Shown here: in pieces, positions 42,824 through 53,385 of the stretch
Position numbering within the stretch: position 1 is the stretch's first letter
Layout: each line of letters begins with the position of its first letter
Assembly (NCBI RefSeq): GCF_000142905.1
Contig: NW_013657676.1
Location: 310,001-374,000, forward strand
Source of the DNA: Thecamonas trahens ATCC 50062
Taxonomy: Eukaryota > Protista > Apusomonadida
Direction: 5' to 3'
Length of the DNA: 64,000 nucleotides
Position numbers and translations under genes: made by a program
Notes under the pieces: generated by a model
Told to the model about the DNA's origin: nothing
What the model saw: the letters and a program-made list of their open reading frames with translations, nothing else
Database searches by the model: none

Positions 42824-44910
42824 ATGTCGAGCGCATTCCGCACACGGGCCTTGCGCTCACGGCTCGCCGAGTGCACCCCAGACCAGCTCCGCGACATCAT
42901 CACACAGGTATGGGGGCAGCAATGGGGGCAGTGGGTGGTTTGGTGGGTGGTTGGATGACTGTTGCAAAGGGGAGAGGGGAGGAGGGGAGGGAGGGCGGGG
43001 GAAGACTCACTGGTGAGGCGGTGGCGCGGTGGTGTTCTGGCGCGGTGGCATTCTGGCGCGGTGGCCGTTCTGGCTGCGTGGGTGTGGCGCAGCTGTGTGA
43101 GAGCCATGGCAACATCCGGTTCGAGACCAATGTGATTCTGGATGAGATGCTGCAGCCCAAGACACGGACGCCTGCGCGGGCGCGGGCGCATGCCAAGTCG
43201 GCACTGGCCATGCGGTCAACCATGGGAGGCGAGTCGCCGTCGCCGGGAGGACGGTCGCGGTCAAAGTCGCCGTCGCATCTTAAGTCGGTCATGATGCAGC
43301 CGTCACTCTTCACCCGGCTCCCGCCCAAGGCTGCGCGGGTGAGAGTCTTCCGCAACGGATCAAACAACGAGTTTGAGATGGCGACGGTGGCGGCGTCGTC
43401 GATGGACGAGTTTCTGCGGCTGGCAACGGACAAACTCGGCCTGGTGGCTGCGGCCCGCAAGGTGTACGACGTAGAGGGCAACACAGTGACCACGCTCGAT
43501 GGGCTGGAGAACGATGCAGTGGTGTATGTCTCGGCGGGCGAGGCGTTCCAGGACCCGATGCGGCACGGCCCGCGGGTGACGACGTCGTCGATCGGCGCAG
43601 ACCACCGGCTGGTGCGGCAGACGACCAAGCGGCTGTACGCCAAGAAGAATGGCGACCCGTCCGACGATCGGTTCATCATTGTGGCGCCGCTGCCGGGCCT
43701 CTACACACCGGCGCAGGAGATGGAGATGCTGCTTACCGACTGCACGGCCAAGCTTAACCTGGTGGCGTGCGCCAAGCGGGTATTTACCGAAGAGGGCAAG
43801 CTTGTTGAGTCGGTGGCAGAACTGGCCAACGGACAGACCATTGTGGTCTCTGTTGGCGAGCCGTGGCACGATCCGGCCGACAAGTCGCCGATCAAGCGCG
43901 GGGTTAAGATTGCCGATGACCACCGGCTGCTTCAGGAGCCGGCAAAGGCCATCCGGGCGCTGCGCAACGGGCACAAGTCGCTCTCGCGGCAAGCAACGCT
44001 AGAGAAGCAGCTGGATGTCTTCCGCGGCGAGTCGGTTCTTGTGGTGGGAAACACTATGGAAAAGCTGCTAGAGTCGGCGACAACGCGGCTCTCCCTGACG
44101 TCTGCGGCGCGGCGGCTGTACACAGTGACTGGCGAGCTTGTCCATGAGTTTGACCGCTTTGAGCGCGGCCAGCTGTACTACGTCTCTGTGGGCGAGGGCT
44201 TTATTGATCCGATGGACCCGACGCAGCTGGCGGCCAAGCAGATTGCCGAGCTTCCGGCCTCATCGCACCTCAATCCCCCGCCGACAGCGCGGATGCTCGC
44301 CTTTCGCAACGGCGAGTCGGCCATCCGCGACGCGGTCCGAGTGGTGGCCTCGTCAATGCGGCAGGTGCTCGAAGAGTGCACCCGCAAGCTGCATCTTGTT
44401 GCGTCTGCGCGGCGGCTGTACACCACGTCCGGCGTGCCCATCAACTCGCTCAAGGACATCACCAACGACATGCACGTGGTTGTCTCGTGCGGCGAACCAT
44501 TTAAGCCGCTCGACGGCTCGCGTGTCGAGTCGCTCATTGCCCCCATCTCAGAGGGCTCGCGTCTACTGGTCAAAGGCAACATTCGGCTCAACGCCCACCG
44601 CAACGGGTGGGGCTCGCGGCAAGCCGGCCGCCACATCGTGGGCGCATCGCTCAAGGAGCTCCTCGACGAGGCGACTCGTGTCCTGGGCCTGCCGTCAGCA
44701 GCACGCCGCATGTACACCGAGGATGGCGTCCACATCAAGGATGTGAACCAGCTCTCGCGCGACATGACCGTCTACATCTCGCTCGGAGAGCAGTTTTCGT
44801 CGAGTGCGGCTCGCAGCGGTGCCGGCGGAGCTGGTGCCTCGTCGGCTGGCAGCCGTCGCAAGGGCGCCAAAGTCGGCTCCAAAACAGCAAGCACAGGCAC
44901 GTCGACGTAA
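42824..44910 (+). CDS. Doublecortin-domain protein with five DCX repeats (DCDC1/DCDC5-like); intron 42908-43092
   Basis: Exon 1 MSSAFRT...DIITQ splices in frame (GTATG...GCAG) to LCESHGN. Five repeats of [RK]NG...[AC]T.[KR]L.L...A[RK][RK].[YF]...G...VS.GE.[FW]. Confidence 0.85.
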
Positions 44911-44945
44911 ATCCCGAGAACTCCATTGCTCGTGCGGCAGCGCGC

Positions 44946-47900
44946 TCAAACTTCCTTGATCATGCGACAGAACGCGGCGAGGCGGCGGCCGAAGCGGTCA
45001 CGGTTCTTAACGTCTAGCGTGGAGTCGACGTCATCGAGGAGTGTCTCGTAGGCCTCGGCAATGCGCTCGCGGCGGTGCGGCGGCTCCCGGGCAACGATAT
45101 CAGCCTTGATCCGCTCAAACTCGTTCGAGTAGAGGACGATAAAGTTGAGGAAGGGCTTGGCGACCGCCCACTGCGGGAGACGCGAGTTGTCGATGAGGAG
45201 GTAGATCGAGGCGAGGACCTCGAGGATTTCTGGGTAGATTGCGGCGGCCTGTGAGTCAAGATGCTTCTGCAGCATCTCGGCAAGCTCCGGGTGCTTGCCG
45301 GCCGACGCCATCTCGTACTGAAAGGTGGTGAGGAACTCGAGCGCACCGCATGATTGGGTGAAGATCCGCCGCTGGAACGACTGCAAGCCCGACTTGAGCG
45401 AGAGCAGGATGCGGCCTAGCGTCTCTTCGCTCTGCCGCAACAGTTCGCGAGTGTGGGTCTTGGCCAGCACCTCCAAAAAGGCGTAGTATCCAGAGCAAAG
45501 CGTTGGGTAGAGGAGGAGGAGCTCGAACGGAATGGCGACGACAAGGGCGAGCGCGCAGTCGATGGCGTCGACAAGCGCCTTGTCGTCGTAGAGGTCAAAG
45601 ACGCCAAAGCAGCAGTAGTCACCGGAGAACGAGAGCCGGAGCATGGCGAGGCAGAGCTCGATGCCAGAAAAGGTGGCTTCGAGCTGGGCAGCGAGTGCGT
45701 GCGACGGGCCCTCGGCGTTGGCGTCGCCGTCAGCAGCGGTACGATCGGACGAGGGGCCTTGGGCCTGCGAGGCTGCGGCAAGGCGGACGGCGGCAAACTC
45801 CTCAACCGCGGCCGGGAAACCGTTCTGCAGCAGCTGGGCGGCGTAGGCGACCAGAATCTTGGACGTGGCCTTGAACAACAGGATGCCGTTGGGCGAGGCC
45901 GGCGGGAACTTGATGCGCCGCGACGGGTTGTTGACGAGGTCGGCCCAAAAAACAAGCATGGGGTTGACCACGCTCGGGTTGTCGTAGTACCGCTCGACGA
46001 GCGCGAGGATGAGCGGCGCAAAGTCGTGGTATATCCAGTCAAAGAAGATTCGGTAGTGATTGTCCTTCTTGGCCGCAGTGAGGACGCCGGTGAGGTCGAG
46101 GAACAGCGCCTGGAGCGCGTGCTGGAACTGCGGTGAGGCGAGGACACTCGCGTCGTCGGCCTCGAGCGCAGAGGCGATCGAGGCAAAGGCCTCGCCAAAG
46201 CACTGCATAAAGGCGTCAAACTTGGCGATGTTGTCGTCGCGGAAGATGACAATGCCGAGAATGTGGTAGAACTGCTTGCGCGGGCCGGCGTTGCCCGCAT
46301 CGGCAAGAAAGGCAAGCTCGCCGCTGCCGTGCGAATGGAGCAGATAGTCGATGGCGGCAACCTTGGAGAGGAGTGGAAGCGAGGTGTACGGCGCGGTGAC
46401 GAGGTCCATGAACAACGAGAGCGTCATGCTCAGCAGATCTTCGTTGGAAGACCACGCAGAGAGGTTGACACAGATCTTCTCGATCATGACCCGGAGGACA
46501 GCGGCCGAGTCGGGGAGGTTGAGTTCTGAGCCGAGGGCAGCGTACGCCCGCGAGAGCGAAAGAGCTTGGTCGCCGATGTGGGCCTTGCGGAACTTTTTCA
46601 TAAAGTACAGCAGAGCCCGCTCGAGGTGAACCGAAGCGTGGTCTTGCCCGCGCTCGCTCAGCACCTGGTCCGAGGTAGAGAGGAGCTGGAATACGCGGAC
46701 GGCAAGATGGCCGTCGAGCATGTCCTCATCCGGGTTCTTGCGCGAGGCAGTCCGGCCCGACACAAGGCCGCCGGCGAGGTAGACAAGCCACGCGAGCTGG
46801 CTCTCGAGCACGCCAAGTTGAAAGAGGACCTGCGGCGCACCGCCCGAGTCGTGGGCGGCCTGGACGGCGCCCATGTACTGGTCGATGAGCGGATCAAATG
46901 CCGAGAGGACGTACCGGCCGGCGGCCTCGTAGTGGAAGCGGCCGAGCGCGGGAAATGCTGCCAGCGTCTCCTCCAGCAGCGGCGGCGAGGATAGCGGATC
47001 GTCCATGACCTGGTGGTCGGCGACGGCGACAACAAGATTGAGCCGCGAGGCGACAAAGGCCTCGACGAGACCGGCCACCAGCGGCTCCAGCTTTGACGTC
47101 AACACGCCGCCGTTGGTCGTTGACATGCACATGGCGTTCCAAAAGTGCAAGATGTGGTAGATGGAGCCCGACGAGGTGCCGATCGACTCAAAGGAGACAA
47201 CCGAAAAGTTGGCAACCGCGAAAATCCACTGCTCGTACGCCGGCGCCTTGACCAGATAGGTGACGTGGAACTGCGACTTGAGGCGCGAGATGTACTGGCA
47301 AAAGTGGTGGTAGCACTCTTCGTCGCCAAGCGCAACCGAGTGTTCGAGAACGTTGATGACAAACTGCATGTGCTGGTTGAGGTACTTGAGGCGGACATCC
47401 TCGGACGAGAACAGCGAGCGGCGGACGGCGACAAAGAGAGTGATGACCTCGAGGGCTTTGGACGAGTAGACGGCGGCGTGCGAGTAGAGCGTAAATAGGA
47501 GCTGCAGTGTGTCCGGATCCTCAATCGACTCGCGCCAGCCGTCGGGAATCTGCAGCGACGAGTTCTTGGCCCGCTGGTCGTCGGTGAGGGTGCCGATAAA
47601 GTCAAAGCTGAAGCACTCTGCAACGACCCTGAGGGCATTGACGGCGAGCGCCTCTTGTGCAGCCGGATCCTCGTTGCCGTATGCGCCAGAAACAAGGCGG
47701 CGGAGCAGGGTGAGCGACGACGCATAGATGTCCGAGAGGGCCGAATCGCGGAAGGCCGTCACGTACTTGCGATGCTCAATGGGCGAGTGGCCGGTCCACT
47801 GCTGGTTGATCTCCTGGATGAGTTGCTCGTAGATGCGCATGCCGAGGACGCAGTGCGCAAACGAGGTATTGAAAAAGGTGGAGACGTCGTCGACAAGCGA

Positions 47901-48431
47901 GTTCATGCCGGACTCGTCGAGCCAGCCGAGCTTGCAGAGGCGGACTAGGAGGGCGATGAGAAAGGTCTCGTTGTACGGCTCGAGCTCACGCGCTCGCTCG
48001 TAGATGAGCTCAAGAACAAAGCTCCGAAGGCCATTCCTCTCATGGACCGAGAACGCGCTCCAGTTGTTTGGCACCAGCCACATCAGTGCCTGGGTGGCGT
48101 ACAGCAGCGCCGTCGGCTCGCGGGTCCTCACCATCACCGCCCGTGAGGTCTCCACCGTCTCGAGCGACGTCCGAAATGGAGCCAGCTCAGCCTCGGCCTC
48201 GGCCCGTGCTGCTCCGATGTCTAGGTATGCCGTCCGCGCCAGCCGCTGCAGTAGTGTCGCCGGAAGCGTCAAAGACCGTGAGAGGGAGGCTGTGAGTGGA
48301 AGGATGGCGGGGGGACGGGGGGGGGGGGAGGGGGGGGGAGGGGGGAGGGTAGGCAAGGGTGGGGGGGGAAGGGAGGAAGAGGGCAGGAGACGGCTTACCT
48401 CAAAGGCGGCCAGCTCTTCGTCGGTAGCCAT
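44946..48431 (-). CDS. XPO7: Exportin-7/RanBP17; in-frame 153-nt intron 48246-48398
   Basis: KLGWLD, SFDFIGT, QIPDGWR, VRRSLF, YHHFCQYISRLK, SPNGILLFK, KNRDRF. Confidence 0.92.
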   Translation of the reverse strand: MATDEELAAFEVSRLLPSSSLPPPPLPTLPPPPPSPPPRPPAILPLTASLSRSLTLPATLLQRLARTAYLDIGAARAEAEAELAPFRTSLETVETSRAVMVRTREPTALLYATQALMWLVPNNWSAFSVHERNGLRSFVLELIYERARELEPYNETFLIALLVRLCKLGWLDESGMNSLVDDVSTFFNTSFAHCVLGMRIYEQLIQEINQQWTGHSPIEHRKYVTAFRDSALSDIYASSLTLLRRLVSGAYGNEDPAAQEALAVNALRVVAECFSFDFIGTLTDDQRAKNSSLQIPDGWRESIEDPDTLQLLFTLYSHAAVYSSKALEVITLFVAVRRSLFSSEDVRLKYLNQHMQFVINVLEHSVALGDEECYHHFCQYISRLKSQFHVTYLVKAPAYEQWIFAVANFSVVSFESIGTSSGSIYHILHFWNAMCMSTTNGGVLTSKLEPLVAGLVEAFVASRLNLVVAVADHQVMDDPLSSPPLLEETLAAFPALGRFHYEAAGRYVLSAFDPLIDQYMGAVQAAHDSGGAPQVLFQLGVLESQLAWLVYLAGGLVSGRTASRKNPDEDMLDGHLAVRVFQLLSTSDQVLSERGQDHASVHLERALLYFMKKFRKAHIGDQALSLSRAYAALGSELNLPDSAAVLRVMIEKICVNLSAWSSNEDLLSMTLSLFMDLVTAPYTSLPLLSKVAAIDYLLHSHGSGELAFLADAGNAGPRKQFYHILGIVIFRDDNIAKFDAFMQCFGEAFASIASALEADDASVLASPQFQHALQALFLDLTGVLTAAKKDNHYRIFFDWIYHDFAPLILALVERYYDNPSVVNPMLVFWADLVNNPSRRIKFPPASPNGILLFKATSKILVAYAAQLLQNGFPAAVEEFAAVRLAAASQAQGPSSDRTAADGDANAEGPSHALAAQLEATFSGIELCLAMLRLSFSGDYCCFGVFDLYDDKALVDAIDCALALVVAIPFELLLLYPTLCSGYYAFLEVLAKTHTRELLRQSEETLGRILLSLKSGLQSFQRRIFTQSCGALEFLTTFQYEMASAGKHPELAEMLQKHLDSQAAAIYPEILEVLASIYLLIDNSRLPQWAVAKPFLNFIVLYSNEFERIKADIVAREPPHRRERIAEAYETLLDDVDSTLDVKNRDRFGRRLAAFCRMIKEV

Positions 48432-48714
48432 GGTTGCAGTCGCACTCGCCTGGCGACGGCTGTTGCTCGGTTGCCCAAGGTGCCATGCTGGCTGGGGTGG
48501 TGGGCAGGGAGAAAGAGCAGGACGGTGTGGGTCGCGCGGACGGATGAAACCGATTTAACATTTTTCGCACGGCTGACGAGCCGGGGCCGGCGACGAGCAG
48601 CTCTGATCAATTGTAGGAGGAGGTTGATTGTTGGAGAGGTAGGCAGATGGTGGAAGACGAACGGAGTACCAGGTATCGCGTGCTACTGGCAGTGAACTGG
48701 AAGAGGTTATTCAT

Positions 48715-49938
48715 TCACTTCTTGGCTTTGGGCTGGTCTTCGGGAGCAGCATTGGCGGGACGCTTGGAGCCGACGGGGGGGGATGCGGCTTGCGGGGCCG
48801 AAGGCTTGGCCTTGCGCTTGACGAGCGAGGAGAGGTCATTGACGGGGGCGCCTGCCGCCGGCTTGGCAGCTGGCTTGCGCTTGACAAGCGATGAGAGGTC
48901 GTTGACCGGCGCGGTCGAGGCTGCCGATGGCTTACCAAAGGCGTTGGTCGAGGCCGACGAGGCCGACGAGGCCGTAGACGAGAGGCGACGCGAGGGCGGC
49001 GGGGCAAAGTCGATGGTGGCGTTCTTAAAGCCAGCCCGGCCCGAGGCGACAGCGGCCGATGTGGTGGCGGCCTTGGCCTTGGCCTCAGCCTTGGCCTTGG
49101 CCAGCAGCTCCATCTCGCTGGCAAGCGCCTTGGTTTCAGCGATCTTGTCGGAGATTTCGGCAAGGATGCCGCGACGGTCGGCGATCTTGGACGAGAGCTT
49201 GGCCGCGTCTTCAGGCGAGGCCGTCTTTGCACGAGTCTCATAGTCAGAGATGGCGGCGGCGACGGCGTCGGCGGCCTTGGTGAACGAGGCCTCGGCATCT
49301 GTGTGGTGGCCGCCGAGCTGCTGCGAGGTGCCAAGCAGATAGTAGACCTCGGCAACGGCGCCATCGGTCTGCGGCAGCGTCTTGCTGTAGATCTCAGCGG
49401 CAGCAGTGTACTCCTTGATGGCACCGTCCATGTTGTCTGACTCGAGACAGACCTCGCCGATGGTGCAATGGACCTCAGCCTGACGCTGAGCGGCTTCGGC
49501 ATCTCCAGCTGCCGCCGCAGAGCTGTAGATGACCCGAGCCAGTTCAAGCACCTCCCAGGCAATAGTCAGATCATCAGCATCGTCACCATCGTCACCTCCG
49601 GCGCCGGCACCAGCGCCAGACATGCCCGAGAGCACGTTGCCCTTTGCCCGAGCGCAGTCGAGCAGTGCCTTGCCGTAGGCCACGTAGAAGGGAGCCGTCG
49701 AGGGATGTTGCTCACCAGCTGCCTGAACTTGCATGCCCAGGGCGTCTGAGAATGCATCCACCGCCTTTTCGTGCGCCTTGAGCTTCAGATGCCGCTTGCC
49801 TTCGACGAGCTGGATGGAAAGGAGGGGAGGGGGACGGTGAGTGGGCGTAGAATCAAACCCGTGACGGGACGTAGACCGGGGGAAGGGGGGGGGGGAGGGG
49901 GGGGGGGGGGGGGGGATGGTGGGTACCTTCTGGGATGC
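48715..49938 (-). CDS. NASP: NASP/Sim3 histone H3-H4 chaperone (SHNi-TPR); intron 49810-49926; 5' end in gap
   Basis: YGKALL, DDLTIAWEVLELARVIY, IGEVCLESDN, C-terminal VNDLSSLVKRK and basic NLS. Confidence 0.88.
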   Translation of the reverse strand, partial: ASQKVPTIPPPPPPSPPPFPRSTSRHGFDSTPTHRPPPLLSIQLVEGKRHLKLKAHEKAVDAFSDALGMQVQAAGEQHPSTAPFYVAYGKALLDCARAKGNVLSGMSGAGAGAGGDDGDDADDLTIAWEVLELARVIYSSAAAAGDAEAAQRQAEVHCTIGEVCLESDNMDGAIKEYTAAAEIYSKTLPQTDGAVAEVYYLLGTSQQLGGHHTDAEASFTKAADAVAAAISDYETRAKTASPEDAAKLSSKIADRRGILAEISDKIAETKALASEMELLAKAKAEAKAKAATTSAAVASGRAGFKNATIDFAPPPSRRLSSTASSASSASTNAFGKPSAASTAPVNDLSSLVKRKPAAKPAAGAPVNDLSSLVKRKAKPSAPQAASPPVGSKRPANAAPEDQPKAKK

Positions 49939-50472
49939 NNNNNNNNNNNNNNNNNNNNNNNNNNNNNNNNNNNNNNNNNNNNNNNNNNNNNNNNNNNNNN
50001 NNNNNNNNNNNNNNNNNNNNNNNNNNNNNNNNNNNNNNNNNNNNNNNNNNNNNNNNNNNNNNNNNNNNNNNNNNNNNNNNNNNNNNNNNNNNNNNNNNNN
50101 NNNNNNNNNNNNNNNNNNNNNNNNNNNNNNNNNNNNNNNNNNNNNNNNNNNNNNNNNNNNNNNNNNNNNNNNNNNNNNNNNNNNNNNNNNNNNNNNNNNN
50201 NNNNNNNNNNNNNNNNNNNNNNNNNNNNNNNNNNNNNNNNNNNNNNNNNNNNNNNNNNNNNNNNNNNNNNNNNNNNNNNNNNNNNNNNNNNNNNNNGGTT
50301 GGGGTGGGGGGGGGGGGGTGGAGTGGGGGGGTGACTGGAGCTGTGTGCGCGGGCGGGAGGAAAGGGGTTGGCGATCGGAAGGGTTGGCGATCGGAGGGGG
50401 GGGGTGGCTTAATGTGGGCAATGTGATGAAGAGATCACAGTTGAAGGGTGGGGGGGGGAGGGGGGATCATCG

Positions 50473-51870
50473 TCACATCGAGGCGGCCACACCATCGTAG
50501 GCACCAAGGTTGCCGCGGAGAAGCGAAAAGCCGGCGCGGGCAGCGGTGTGGGAGGTGTACGAGTGTGGGCGGGCGGCAGGAATGACGACCGGCAGGGTGG
50601 TGGCGTCCCGAGCAGTGGGATCAGCCGTGTTGAGGGTGATGATGCCAGCGCGCGGAATGTACATCGGGCGCGAGAGCGGGATGCGCGAGCCGTCGCCCGG
50701 ATAGGAACCAGGCGAGGCCGAGCGGCCGCGGCGGGCCGGCGAGCCGGCCTGGTTGACAACCAGCGGCTCGAGCTCAGTCTCCTCGTATTGCGGCACGTCA
50801 AAGTAGCGAAAGCCAAAGATGCCGGCGACAAGGAGGACGAGCGCGATGTAGGCGAAGATCGAGAGAGACTCAGCGTGCGAGCCCATGATGAACGAAAAGG
50901 TAAAGGCGAACGAGGAGACGGGCGTGACGACGGTCGAGACAAAGATCATAAATGAAGCCGAGGCATACTTGGTCGTCGCCGCCGACGCAAAGTTGGCAGT
51001 AAGCATAAAGCCGACGACGGCCAGGATGAGAATGCCGGCTTTAGAGCACTGGACCTGGTCGTTGTAGCCGAGTTGCGCCGGCGGATCGTTGCCGATGAGG
51101 CAGCCAAAGGCGGCCGCCATGTGCGGGCCAAAGGCTGCCGGGGACACCGTACCAAACGAAGGAATAAAGACCAGCGGAAGAGCAAAGGCGAGCGAGACAA
51201 ACTGCGCCACCGAGGAGTGGAACATGAGTGCGAGAAGGTGGACACGAGCGTGGGCAAACATGCGCTCTTGATAGATCGAGGCGAGCGAGGCCGGGAGCGC
51301 ACCGAGGAGAAATGCCAACGACCACATCAGCCGCGAAGAAGCCGAGCCGGGCACCGAGTCGTCGCCGCCATCAGCCTTGAGCGACGGCACGAGGCTGACG
51401 ATGATGCCGGCGACAATGACGACTGCCGATGCGTACTGACCGGGCGCATACTTGGTGCGGAGGAGCCAGAGCGAGAGAAAGAAGACCATGGGCACACCAG
51501 CCTGAGCCAGCACTGCCTGCACAACACCCGGCACGTGCGGATTGGCAAAGATAAGCAGGATGCCGTTGGCGGCGTTAAGGCCGCCGATGACCCAGTACGG
51601 CCGGAGCGGGAAGGTGCGGGTCTCGGCAGGGATGACCCCGCGCCAGCGAGCGATGGCATACGGTACGCCAAAGAGTGGCACAAAGGCAGCCGACATGGTG
51701 ATGAGAATGACAAAGGGAAAGGGGCCAAAGGCGTAGCCCAAGAGCTTGAAGCCCACCGTCTGCGCCGTCGATGCGAGAACGAGCAGCAGGGCGAGGACAG
51801 GAGCCCCGATCAGCCTGCTCACTACGCCCTTCTGTTGACTTGGCCGCCCTTTCACCGATGTGTTTGCCAT
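50473..51870 (-). CDS. CRT-like (chloroquine-resistance transporter family, DMT superfamily) transporter, about 10 TM segments
   Basis: IGGLNAANGILLIFANPHVPGVVQAVLAQ..PM...LS..LL..KY, ASIYQE, a Cys pair in the late loop (GCL...C), KYASA. Confidence 0.8.
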   Translation of the reverse strand: MANTSVKGRPSQQKGVVSRLIGAPVLALLLVLASTAQTVGFKLLGYAFGPFPFVILITMSAAFVPLFGVPYAIARWRGVIPAETRTFPLRPYWVIGGLNAANGILLIFANPHVPGVVQAVLAQAGVPMVFFLSLWLLRTKYAPGQYASAVVIVAGIIVSLVPSLKADGGDDSVPGSASSRLMWSLAFLLGALPASLASIYQERMFAHARVHLLALMFHSSVAQFVSLAFALPLVFIPSFGTVSPAAFGPHMAAAFGCLIGNDPPAQLGYNDQVQCSKAGILILAVVGFMLTANFASAATTKYASASFMIFVSTVVTPVSSFAFTFSFIMGSHAESLSIFAYIALVLLVAGIFGFRYFDVPQYEETELEPLVVNQAGSPARRGRSASPGSYPGDGSRIPLSRPMYIPRAGIITLNTADPTARDATTLPVVIPAARPHSYTSHTAARAGFSLLRGNLGAYDGVAASM

Positions 51871-52656
51871 GATGGGTGGTGGGCGGGTCAAGTGAGGTGT
51901 GGCGTAGCTGGATTCAAAGCAACGGGTCGAGAGAGAGGGAGGTGGGGGGGGGGGGGGGTGCCCGGAGAGCTTGCGGCCGACTCGGTGGGATGGACACGTG
52001 ACGAGAGGCGACTGTCGCGTCGGTCGGTCGATCGGTCGGTCGGTCGGGTGACGGCTGGTGGCCAGAGGCGCGACCAATGCGACTTGGGTGACACGGCAAG
52101 AGCCGGGGGGGCAGGGTCAGGGTCTGGGTCTGCGGGTAATACTTGTCTGGTGCTCGATCTGAGAAGGTATGGAATGGGTTGGGATGGGAGTGAGGTAGAA
52201 GGGGGGATTGGAGGTTGATGGTGTGGGTGGAAAGCGTAGTCGGAAGGGTCGGGGATGAGAGTGTGATTGGCGTGGTGCTGGCGACTGGGGCGCACGGCTT
52301 GGCGGCCGACCTTCCACGGGCAGGGCCTTGGAAGAACGGCTGTTAGCGGGGTTACACAGGCTCTCGGTTCTTCCTCGAGGGCAAAGGTGTATTATATCTG
52401 CTACCTTGTGGGTGGTGGGTGTTGGTTTGTGCACGCGGTGATGTAGGCGCGCGGGATGGCCGAGCAATGCGAAGGGGAGGACGGCGGGGCCGGGAAAGGT
52501 CGTGTTCGAGAGGCGCGAAAGGCACAGGGGGAGGAGAAGGGGGGGAAGGACTCACCGGGCGCGGCAATGGGAGCAGAGGGAAGCAGCAGCAGCAGCAGAG
52601 ACAGTAGACGCAGTAGATACGGTGTGTTCAGAGCAGAAGAGCAAGTTTGCGGATAC

Positions 52657-53385
52657 ATGTCCACCATGAACTTCCCCTTTAGCTTTGATACAGGGTCGTC
52701 CGGTGGCAACGGCGGGAACGGCGGCAACGGCGGCGAGGTGGATCCGGCCGATGAGCTGGTGGGCTTTATGCTCGGAATGGGCTCGGTGTCTGACAACAAG
52801 GAGGAGAAGATGCGGACGTTCCAGTCAGTGTGTGGATTTGATGAGGAGCAGGCCCTATTCTACCTCGAGGCCAACTCGTGGAACGTCGACCTGGCAGTCT
52901 CGTCGTTCTTTGCCAACCAGCAGGCGGCGCCGGTGGTCATCGAGTACCATCTGGCGGCCATGGCGACCGACCACGACCAGACGCAGACCGTCGAGGGCGG
53001 CGAGGTGTTCAGCAAGTCATGGAAGCTGGCCAACACAGGGACACGGGCGTGGCCGACGGGCTGCTACGTCTCACTCCACACCGGCGACCCGCACGGCGCG
53101 CAGCCGATCGAACTGCCCGGCGAGGTGCCGGCCGGCGCCGATGTTGACTTTTCGCTCCAGTTTGAGGCTCCGGCCGAGCCGGGCGTCTACACCGCCGCCT
53201 GGCGCATGTATCTGCCGAATGGCCAGCCGTTTGGTGACTATCTGCACGTCAAGTTTGTCGTCCGCGGCGAGCAAAGCCAGCAGCTCGCTACGTTTGGCGG
53301 CTTTGGCGGCGGCTCCGCCTTTGGCGGCGCCAGCAGTGCCGGTGCCGCCGGTGGTGACGAGAGCGGCGTCATGCAGATGGAATAA
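52657..53385 (+). CDS. UBA-like + NBR1-like (FW) domain protein (ILRUN/C6orf106-like)
   Basis: FQSVCG...A.FYLEANSWNVDLAVSSFF; FSKSWKLANTGTRAWP...PGVYTAAWRM...GQPFGD. Confidence 0.85.
   Translation: MSTMNFPFSFDTGSSGGNGGNGGNGGEVDPADELVGFMLGMGSVSDNKEEKMRTFQSVCGFDEEQALFYLEANSWNVDLAVSSFFANQQAAPVVIEYHLAAMATDHDQTQTVEGGEVFSKSWKLANTGTRAWPTGCYVSLHTGDPHGAQPIELPGEVPAGADVDFSLQFEAPAEPGVYTAAWRMYLPNGQPFGDYLHVKFVVRGEQSQQLATFGGFGGGSAFGGASSAGAAGGDESGVMQME

Noticed and set aside
42473-42824. Fusion of the C2-cyclase gene with the DCX gene
   Set aside because: The DCX gene has its own ATG exon after a (CA)n/C-rich intergenic-type tract, and no convincing splice path links the two.
52139-52172. ATACTTGTCTGG...GATCTGAGAAGG resembling the U1 snRNA 5' end, or TPP riboswitch pieces
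   Set aside because: Mismatches in the ACTTACCTG splice-site pairing region, no U1A loop or Sm site; TPP elements are in the wrong order.
52235-52320. RNase P-like GGAAGGTCGG...CCGACTAC on the - strand
   Set aside because: Only about 70 nt separate the motifs, far too short for RNase P/MRP RNA.
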